The translations under genes were made by a program, and so were the position numbers. DNA of 64,000 nt from Eledone cirrhosa (Eukaryota). Within the stretch, counting starts at the first letter, position 1. Each line of letters starts with the position of its first letter. The stretch is taken from contig OZ024745.1 of assembly GCA_964016885.1 (NCBI GenBank), positions 5,022,001 through 5,086,000 on the forward strand, written 5' to 3'. The notes beneath the pieces were generated by a model. The model was not told the origin of the DNA, made no database searches, and worked only from the letters and a program-made list of their open reading frames with translations. Below, one piece after another: positions 15,001 through 23,035 of the stretch.

Positions 15001-17894
15001 TAGCTAACTTTATTTAGTGTAGGACTATACCACACACTCCATCATGGGTAACTTTATATAGTGTAGGACTATACCACACACTCCATCATAGGTACCTTCA
15101 TCTAGTCTGGGACTATACCACACACTCCATCATAGGTACCTTTATATAGTGTAGGACTATACCACACACTCCATCATAGGTACCTTCATCTAGTCTGGGA
15201 CTATACCACACACTCCATCATAGGTACCTTCATCTAGTGTAGGACTATACCACACACTACATCATAGGTACCTTTATATAGTGTAGGACTATACCACACA
15301 CTCCATCATAGGTACCTTCATCTAGTCTAGGACTATACCACACACTCCATCATAGGTACCTTCATCTAGTGTAGGACTATACCACACACTACATCATAGG
15401 TACCTTTATATAGTGTAGGACTATACCACACACTCCATCATAGGTACCTTCATCTAGTCTAGGACTATACCACACACTCCATCATAGGTACCTTCATCTA
15501 GTCTGGGACTATACCACACACTCCATCATAAGGTACCTTCATCTAGTCGGGGACTATACCACACACTCCATCATAGGTACCTTCATCTAGTGTAGGACTA
15601 TACCACACACTCCATCATAGGTACCTTCATCTAGTCTGGGACTATACCACACACTCCATCATAGGTACCTTCATCTACTCTAGGACTATACCACACACTC
15701 CATCATAGGTACCTTCATCTAGTCTGGGATGACTATACCACACACTCCATCATAGGTACCTTCATCTAGTCTAGGACTATACCACACACTCCATCATAGG
15801 TACCTTCATCTAGTCTGGGACGACTATACCACACACTCCATAATAGGTACCTTTATATAGTGTAGGACTATACCACACACTCCATAATAGGTACCTTTAT
15901 ACAGTGTAGGACTATACCACACACTCCATCATAGGTACCTTCATCTAGTGTGGGACTATACCACACACTCCATAATAGGTACCTTTATATAGTGTAGGAC
16001 TATACCACACACTCCATAATAGGTACCTTCATCTAGTGTAGGACTATACCACACACTCCATAATAGGTACCTTCATCTAGTGTAGGACTATACCACACAC
16101 TCCATCATAGGTACCTTCATCTAGTCTGGGACTATACCACACACTCCATCATAGGTACCTTTATATAGTGTAGGACTATACCACACACTCCATCATAGGT
16201 ACCTTCATCTAGTCTAGGACTATACCACACACTCCATAATAGGTACCTTTATATAGTGTAGGACTATATCACACACTCCATAATAGGTACCTTCATCTAG
16301 TGTAGGACTATACCACACACTCCATCATAGGTACCTTCATCTAGTGTAGGACTATACCACACACTCCATCATAGGTACCTTCATCTAGTGTAGGACTATA
16401 CCAAACACTCCATCATAGGTACCTTCATCTAGTGTAGGACTATACCACACACTCCATCATAGGTACCTTCAGCTAGTGTAGGACTATACCACACACTCCA
16501 TAATAGGTACCTTCATCTAGTGTAGGACTATACCACACACTCCATCATAAGTACCTTCATCTAGTGTAGGACTATACCACACACTCCATAATAGGTACCT
16601 TCATCTAGTGTAGGACTATACCACACACTCCATAATAGGTACCTTTATATAGTGTAGGACTATACCACACACTCCATCATAGGTACTTTCATCTAGTCTA
16701 GGACTATACCACACACTCCATAATAGGTACCTTCATCTAGTCTGGGACTATACCACACACTCCATCATAGGTACCTTCATCTAGTCTAGGACTATACCAC
16801 ACACTCCATAATAGGTACCTTCATCTAGTGTAGGACTATACCACACACTCCATCATAGGTACCTTCATCTAGTGTAGGACTATACCACACACTCCATAAT
16901 AGGTACCTTCATCTAGTGTAGGACTATACCACACACTCCATAATAGGTACCTTTATATAGTGTAGGACTATACCACACACTCCATCATAGGTACCTTCAT
17001 CTAGTGTAGGACTATACCACACACTCCATAATAGGTACCTTCATCTAGTCTGGGACTATACCACACACTCCATCATAGGTACCTTCATCTAGTCTAGGAC
17101 TATACCACACACTCCATCATAGGTACCTTCATCTAGTCTGGGACTATACCACACACTCCATCATAGGTACCTTCATCTAGTCTTGGACTATACCACACAC
17201 TCCATAATAGGTACCTTTATATAGTGTAGGACTATACCACACATTCCATCATAGGTACCTTCATCTAGTGTAGGACTATACCACACACTCCATAATAGGT
17301 ACCTTTATATAGTGTAGGACTATACCATACACTCCATAATAGGTACCTTCATCTAGTGTAGCACTATACCACACACTCCATAATAGGTACCTTAATCTAG
17401 TCTGGGACTATACCGCACACTCCATAATAGGTACCTTCATCTAGTGTAGGACTATACCACACACTACATCATAGGTACCTTTATATAGTGTAGGACTATA
17501 CCACACACTCCATAATAGGTACCTTCATCTAGTGTAGGACTATACCACACACTCCATCGTAGGTACCTTCATCTAGTGTAGGACTATACCACACACTCCA
17601 TGGGTACCTTCATCTAGTCTGGGACTATACCACACACTCCATCATAGGTACCTTCATCTAGTCTGGGACTATACCACACACTCCATCATAGGTACCTTCA
17701 TCTAGTGTAGGACTATACCACACACTCCATCATAGGTACCTTTATATAGTGTAGGACTATACCACACACTCCATCATGGGTACCTTCATCTAGTGTAGGA
17801 CTATACCACACACTCCATCATAGGTACCTTTATATAGTGTAGGACTATACCACACACTCCATCATGGGTACCTTTATCTAGTGTCGGACTATAC
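1..17894. repeat. 44-bp tandem satellite array, ~406 copies, consensus CACACTCCATCATAGGTACCTTCATCTAGTGTAGGACTATACCA; truncated by window start
   Basis: Monomer starts at 1 and again at 45, continuing head-to-tail to ...GTGTCGGACTATAC at ~17894. Recurrent variants: CATCAT/CATAAT, TTCATCT/TTTATAT, GTGTAGG/GTCTAGG/GTCTGGG, and a 47-bp GGGACGAC variant. Confidence 0.99.
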
Positions 17895-18523
17895 ACCTTT
17901 TATGGAAGTATGTTAGTAGTATGACTGTTTCTACTAAATACAACTGAGATCAAGAACTGGATGTTGAAAGAGAATAACCTAGAGGGAGCCAGCTGTAATC
18001 TGAGAGAGATAAATGTTAAGAAAAATAAGATTATCTTAAAACTGGTTTGCAGTTAGTAACCTATTACATTATTGGTGTTGCTGATGACAGAGGGGACATT
18101 GTTGATGTTTATAATGTGAAATTCAACAAGATGGGTTAACCAAATCTATAAATTCAGAGATTTAATTACTAAGATAGGAATGATGTGAAGTTAACAGGGT
18201 TAAACATTCCTCTCTTATATATAAATACTTCCTTACTTTATTAAATTAATCAAACTGGATATTCTTCCAATGTAAAGAACTAAGCATGAGGAGAAAGGAT
18301 TATGAAGAAATACAAATGAAATGAGATATTTGGTAATTCTATTGTTCCTGAAAGTTTGGGAGAGATGTTTTGCTGATGATCTACTTTCCATTGAGTATGA
18401 AACATATTTCTTTACAAAAACTTAGAAGACTGATACATAAATGAAAGCATTGCCTATAATATTTGGTTTTCATCAAAACTTTTACTGGCAGCTAAGTTTT
18501 GATTTCTCAAAACGTTAACTAAA

Positions 18524-18629
18524 CCATCACCACCACCACCACCACCACCACCACCACCACCACCACCACCATCACCACCGCCACCACCACCACCACCACC
18601 ACTGCCACCACTAGACCACCACCACTACT
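18524..18629. repeat. (CAC)n trinucleotide microsatellite, imperfect at the 3' end
   Basis: Long run of CACCACCAC with occasional CAT, CGC and CTG interruptions. Confidence 0.95.
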
Positions 18630-18704
18630 CAGTTACAACTTCTGTAGACTGTAGAATTCCAGAGAGATGTAGTTTGAGAGATTGAAGATTTGAACAGATT
18701 CTTT

Positions 18705-18796
18705 AGTGTGGCCAATCGAAGGTGGGTGAGACGGTGGAGATCATGTCCTTGGGTTCCATCCTGGACAAGAGGTACATGTAACTATTTTCAGTTTTT
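18705..18796 (+). pseudogene. Degenerate tRNA-like unit 1 (decayed copy of unit 3)
   Basis: GGGTTCCATCCTGGACAAGAG resembles GGGTTCAATCCTGGTCAAGAG of unit 3 and is followed by the same TTCAGTTTTT run. The A-box region (TGGCCAATCGAAGG) is poor. Confidence 0.45.
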
Positions 18797-18844
18797 ATTT
18801 TACAACCCATAGAAAAAAACTGAAAAGGTTTACTGTGAACCCTA

Positions 18845-18914
18845 CTCCCGACCAGGATCAAACTTCAGATCAGGATCACCACCGTCTATGATTTCTCCAA
18901 CTAGGCCATCGAGA
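18845..18914 (-). pseudogene. tRNA-like unit 2 (~70 nt), tRNA-derived pseudogene or SINE head
   Basis: Minus strand reads TCTCGATGGCCTAGTTGGAG...AGTTTGATCCTGGTCGGGA. It has an A-box-like TGGCCTAGTTGG, a degenerate B box, pairing ends TCTCGA/TCGGGA, and a downstream T7 run (A7 at 18813-18819 on +). Confidence 0.55.
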
Positions 18915-19278
18915 CAGCTACAAAAGTATAATGAAAATTGATAATTATAAACCTATTTTCAAAATCAAATCTTTTCTAGAGCTATTAGTAATATTTAGGG
19001 TCGACTTCTGGTCAAATCATAGTAGATTCAAATATGACAGAATGTGTGGAGAAATGAGGCGCAACAGAAATGAAACATGGATTACAGGTTAAAATATAGT
19101 CTAGATAGATGTGAAACAAAACGAGGATGTAGTTTATGGAACACCCAAATGATTTAGAAGTCGACCTTAAGTAGGAACAATAACATTAAGAAAGACATGA
19201 ATGACCCCACAACACCATTGTTTTGAAAATTTGAAAGTAGGTTTATAAGTATGAATTTTCATAAGATTTTCGTAGTTG

Positions 19279-19353
19279 TCTCTGTGGCCTAGTGGTAGGT
19301 ACTAGAGATGGTGGAGAGAGATCCTAGCATTGGGTTCAATCCTGGTCAAGAGA
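19279..19353 (+). pseudogene. tRNA-like unit 3 (~75 nt), best preserved; ends resemble tRNA-Glu
   Basis: A box TGGCCTAGTGG (19285-19295), B box GGTTCAATCC (19333-19342), TCTCT/AGAGA end pairing, and T5 terminator-like run at 19373-19377. The anticodon arm is not canonical. Confidence 0.6.
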
Positions 19354-19424
19354 TACATGTAAATATCTTCAGTTTTTATTTTACAACCCATAGAAAAAAA
19401 CTGAAAGGTTTACTGTGAACCCTA

Positions 19425-19494
19425 CTCCCGACCAGGATCAAACTTGAGACCAGGATCACCACCGGCTATGATTCCTCCAACTAGGCCATCGAGA
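19425..19494 (-). pseudogene. tRNA-like unit 4 (~70 nt), near-identical to unit 2
   Basis: Minus strand TCTCGATGGCCTAGTTGGAGG...CAAGTTTGATCCTGGTCGGGA, with a downstream T7 run (A7 at 19394-19400 on +). Confidence 0.55.
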
Positions 19495-19714
19495 CAACTA
19501 CAAAAGTATAATGAAAATTGATAATTATAAACCTACTTACAAGGTTGAAGAGTAAAAGACTGCATGATGCATCAGTTGGCTTGAGTGCAGATAATGTGCA
19601 GCTGTAGAAGTGCAAATGCCAGTGCAGTAGTGGTTGTAGAAGTAAAGAGAAAAGACAGTATTAGACTAGGATTTGTAGCATATTGGTGAGTCTTTGCCAA
19701 TCAAACATATTGTT

Positions 19715-19920
19715 CTCTGTTGAATGTAGTCTAAGATGTTTATGTGTGTAATAGCAGCAGGTATCTAGATCTTAGCAGAACTGTGCAGTTTTCTATGGTC
19801 CTCTGTTGAATGTAGTCTAAGATGTTTATGTGTGTAATAGCAGCAGGTATCTAGATCTTAGCAGAACTGTGCAGTTTTCTATGGTCCTCTGTTGAATGTA
19901 GTCTAAGATGTTTAAGTGTG
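19715..19920. repeat. 86-bp tandem repeat, ~2.4 copies
   Basis: CTCTGTTGAATGTAGTCTAAGATGTTTA starts at 19715, 19801 and 19887. The first two copies are identical. Confidence 0.95.
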
Positions 19921-19937
19921 CATAACTGGATATCATA

Positions 19938-19965
19938 AAATAAAGCGTCTTGCTCAAGGACCCAA
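19938..19965 (-). mobile_element. Possible short SINE remnant
   Basis: The reverse complement TTGGGTCCTTGAGCAAGACGCTTTA resembles the GTGTCCTTGAGCAAGACACTT motif recalled from tRNA-derived SINE bodies. The match is very short. Confidence 0.3.
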
Positions 19966-20373
19966 TCTGTCTTTCACTTAACTTCTCTACAATATTTTAC
20001 ACAATATTTCTCTACACTATTCTTGGTTCTTCTGTACAGCAATTATTTCTGTTCCACAGGAATTGGTTCTACTTTATATCATTAAAGCCAATGAGGTGCC
20101 TCTTGATTGTTGCTTGATCTGCTATAGATAGCAGCCTAATTTCTCTTCAATTACACCCTTCTGCCTTCAAAAAATGATATATAGAATGAAGTAGTTCTAG
20201 GGGTACTGTGTGTTGGAAAAGGATGGGATGGTCATAGGTGGAATGCCTTTGATAATAAGTCTACTTAAGCAGGGTTAACATAAGAATGTAGGGCTAAATA
20301 ACATCAATTCTATATCATTTGATGTTGCCATTTACATAGTTGAGAGTACTGCTACAAATTTGTTAAATTATAC

Positions 20374-20393
20374 TATATATATATATATATATA
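20374..20393. repeat. (TA)n microsatellite, left flank of the fold-back element
   Basis: About 10 TA units. Confidence 0.95.
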
Positions 20394-20633
20394 ACGAAGG
20401 AAATGTGGTAAGGAACCAGGTGGACCATAATGCACCAAAGTACTCAATACTTAGGGTAGTAGAGTGGGTAATAGGAACGAGTAGGACCCCGATGGCTGAG
20501 CTCAAGCCTTTTCGACGGCTAATTCTGGACTAAAAAGATTTTAGTCCAGAATTCTGGACTAAAACTGATTTTAGTCCAGAAATAGCCGTCGAAACGGCTT
20601 GAGCTCAGCCGTCGGGGTCCTACTCGTTCCTAT
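20394..20633. mobile_element. Fold-back element between (TA)n tracts: 77-bp unpaired extension plus 163-bp palindrome; possibly a truncated Penelope-like insertion or MITE
   Basis: 20471-20551 is the reverse complement of 20552-20633 with 3 mismatches and one 3/4-nt internal loop. It is GC- and CpG-richer than its flanks and has (TA)n on both sides. The family assignment is inference. Confidence 0.6.
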
Positions 20634-20655
20634 ATATATATACACACATACACAT

Positions 20656-20698
<43 letters not shown>
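20631..20698. repeat. (TA)n/(CA) compound microsatellite, right flank
   Basis: TATATATATATACACACATACACATACACATATATA... run. Confidence 0.95.
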
Positions 20699-20699
<1 letters not shown>

Positions 20700-20843
20700 G
20701 TATAATTACAAGTATCTAACATATATAACCAGATAGGTAGATACATAAATAAATATATTATAGTATATTACAATAAACTACAATTGAAATGACATATAAA
20801 ATATAATTGACTAACATAATAGTTCTATCACTGATATAGCTCA

Positions 20844-21108
20844 GTGTGTCTGTCTGTCTGTCTGTCTGTCTGTGTGTGTCTGTCTGTGTGTGTATGTATG
20901 TGTGTGTCCGTGTGTGTTTGTCTGTCTGTGTGTGTGTGTGTCTGTCTGTGTATGTGTGTTTGTCTGTCTGTGTGTGTGTGTGTGTCTGTCTGTGTGTGTG
21001 CGTGTGTGTGTCTGTGTGTGTCTGTGAGTGTGTGTCTGTCTGTGTGTGTGTGTGTGTGTGTCTGTCTGTTTGTGTGTGTGGGTGTGTGTGTGTGTGTGGG
21101 GGGGGGGG
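20844..21108. repeat. (GT)n/(GTCT)n compound microsatellite ending in G11
   Basis: About 255 bp of GTGT/GTCT units, then poly-G at 21098-21108. It explains the supplied low-complexity ORFs. Confidence 0.97.
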
Positions 21109-21167
21109 CTATATGTAAATGTTCTCACATTTTATGTTATAAAATGCAACCATGAAATACTACTACA

Positions 21168-21233
21168 ACTACATACACATGCACTTACACAAACACACAC
21201 ACTCACATGCATAGACACACACTTATAGACACA

Positions 21234-21281
<48 letters not shown>

Positions 21282-21288
21282 CAGACAC
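21168..21288. repeat. (CA)n microsatellite, degenerate then pure (~21236-21278)
   Basis: ACACAC run with interrupted 5' part. Confidence 0.95.
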
Positions 21289-21369
21289 ATTAGTAGCATC
21301 AAAAATATCCTGTTGTTATCTTCAACTAAATGTTATTATCTGTCATTGATTTCTGTTTTCTACCATTAG

Positions 21370-21488
21370 TGAAATCACTAAAAATGGAAGTGGAAAAAAC
21401 GAAAGAGAGCAAAGATAAACAGATTGAAGAATGTAAGAAAGAAATAGAGACAATGTATCAAATGAAGGAAACTGAATGTGACAAGAAA
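21370..21488 (+). CDS. Internal coding exon (119 bp, phase 1 to phase 0) encoding xKSLKMEVEKTKESKDKQIEECKKEIETMYQMKETECDKK, a K/E-rich coiled-coil segment of an unidentified gene
   Basis: Polypyrimidine tract and acceptor TTTCTGTTTTCTACCATTAG|, consensus donor AAA|GTGAGT, open frame, purine-rich exon composition distinct from flanks, and heptad-like charged peptide. Confidence 0.85.
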
Positions 21489-21846
21489 GTGAGTTTCTTA
21501 GTTTTCTTTCACTAAAAAAAAGATGTCTTATTACTAGTTCACTACAGTGAGGGTAATTGATGAGATAGAGTTTGAGATGGTTAAGTATATCTTAGAAAAG
21601 AGGTGCTTTATGTATTAGACTGTGTGGCACATGTTATTGTATTTTGTAAAGAAGATAAAGACATCTCATAAGTTATAATTTGGTTGGGAAGAAGATGATA
21701 TAAGAGTTGAAGAGATGTGTGGTTGTAGTATAAAGATATTCTGTATCTGTATAATGAACTGAGGCAGAAGGTACCAGTTTGAAGCTAACATCTAACATCA
21801 GGCCACTACAGTAGGTGTTCCCATCATATTATAGATGTTGAATGAT

Positions 21847-22053
21847 GCTGAATTGGGAGAGCATCATATAGAATATTGTGGTATTTGTCCTGGCTCTTTA
21901 CATTCTCAGTTCAAATCTTGCCGAGGTCAGCTTTGCCTTTTATCCTTCTGGGGTTGATAAAATAAAGTACCAGTTAAGTACTGGGATTGATTTAATCAGC
22001 TTTGTCCTTTAACTAAAATTTACTGGCTTTGTGCCTAAATTAGAAATCAATAA
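21847..22053 (+). mobile_element. Degenerate tRNA-derived SINE of an octopus-type family
   Basis: B-box-like AGTTCAAATCT, then GCCGAGGTCAGCTTTGCCTTTTATCCTTCTGGGGTTGATAAAATAAAGTACCAGTT...ACTGGG and tail CTGGCTTTGTGCCTAAATTAGAAA. This matches from memory an abundant Octopus SINE with a conserved central domain (MetaSINE-like). The 5' boundary is approximate. Confidence 0.8.
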
Positions 22054-22077
22054 CATTTTTTTATAACACATTGGATT

Positions 22078-22948
22078 CATCATCATCATCATTGTTTAAC
22101 GTCCATTTTCCATGCTATCATGGGTAGATATCATTATCACAATTGTTTAACATCCATTTTCCATGCTATCATGGGTAGATATCATTATCATCATTGTTTA
22201 ACGTCCATTTTCCATGCTATCATGGGTAGATATCATTATCACCATTGTTTAACATCCATTTTCCATGCTATCATGGGTAGATATCATTATCACCATTGTT
22301 TAACGTCCATTTTCCATGCTATCATGGGTAGATATCATTATCATCATTGTTTAACGTCCATTTTCCATGCTATCATGGGTAGATATCATTATCATCATTG
22401 TTTAACAGCCATTTTCCATGCTATCATGGGTAGATATCATTATCATCAATGTTTAACATCCATTTTCCATGCTATCATGGATAGATATCATTATCATCAT
22501 TGTTTAACATCCATTTTCCATGCTATCATGGGTAGATATCATTATCATCAATGTTTAACATCCATTTTCCATGCTATCATGGGTAGATATCATTATCATC
22601 ATTGTTTAACATCCATTTTCCATGCTATCATGGGTAGATATCATTATCATCAATGTTTAACATCCATTTTCCATGCTATCATGGGTAGATATCATTATCA
22701 CCATTGTTTAACGTCCATTTTCCATGCTATCATGGGTAGATATCATTATCATCATTGTTTAACATCCATTTTCCATGCTATCATGGGTAGATATCATTAT
22801 CATCATTGTTTAACATCCATTTTCCATGCTATCATGGCTAGATATCATTATCATCGTTGTTTAACATCCATTTTCCATGCTATCATGGGTAGATATCATT
22901 ATCATCAATGTTTAACATCCATTTTCCATGCTATCATGGGTAGATATC
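22078..22948. repeat. 51-bp minisatellite, ~17 copies (CATCATTGTTTAACGTCCATTTTCCATGCTATCATGGGTAGATATCATTAT)
   Basis: 51-bp period, seen as the 17-aa repeat MGRYHYHHCLTSIFHAI in the ORF track. Confidence 0.98.
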
Positions 22949-23035
22949 CAATTAATCTCAGATCATAGTTTACACAAGGAGTGAAGTAGAGTTGCAGTTT
23001 TTAAAACAATATTTTCTAATAACCGATAGAATGTA

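Larger units (their letters stand above)
18749..19537. repeat. ~210-bp direct repeat pair (~18749-18957 and ~19330-19537), offset ~580 bp
   Basis: CCTACTCCCGACCAGGATCAAACTT occurs at 18841 and 19421. The copies are near-identical through ...GATAATTATAAACCTA. Confidence 0.92.

Noticed and set aside
1-17894. CRISPR array or coding repeat in the 44-bp array
   Set aside because: No spacers. The period is not a multiple of 3 and the unit contains stop codons, so there is no long ORF.
17949-18044. Possible exon IKNWMLKENNLEGASCNLREINVKKNKIILKL
   Set aside because: No polypyrimidine tract before the AG, weak donor (GTTTGC), and this frame ends in phase 0, which does not fit the phase-1 start of the 21370 exon.
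19279-19353. Functional tRNA gene
   Set aside because: A/B boxes are present, but I could not build a canonical anticodon stem-loop or a full 7-bp acceptor stem, so it is called tRNA-like only.
20060-20095. Possible 36-bp exon after TTTCTGTTCCACAG
   Set aside because: The acceptor is good but the donor GTGCCT is weak, and the frame compatible with the downstream exon contains a TAA stop.
20560-20600. Hammerhead ribozyme (CTGA...GAAAC)
   Set aside because: The core reads CTGATTT rather than CTGANGA, and the required stems are not evident.
20471-20633. Endogenous parvovirus/densovirus terminal repeat
   Set aside because: The similarity is only in shape. No NS1/Rep or capsid coding remnants are visible nearby.
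20841-21228. Four supplied ORFs (THTH.., VCVC.., CVCV..)
   Set aside because: They are translations of (GT)n/(GTCT)n/(CA)n microsatellites.
21330-21515. 61-aa ORF as a standalone gene
   Set aside because: Its N-terminus is the polypyrimidine tract and its C-terminus runs through a GTGAGT donor. Only 21370-21488 looks exonic.
22120-22968. 282-aa ORF as a real CDS
   Set aside because: It coincides with a 51-bp minisatellite of probable TE origin. The open frame is explained by the unit length, so it is kept only as a low-interest finding.
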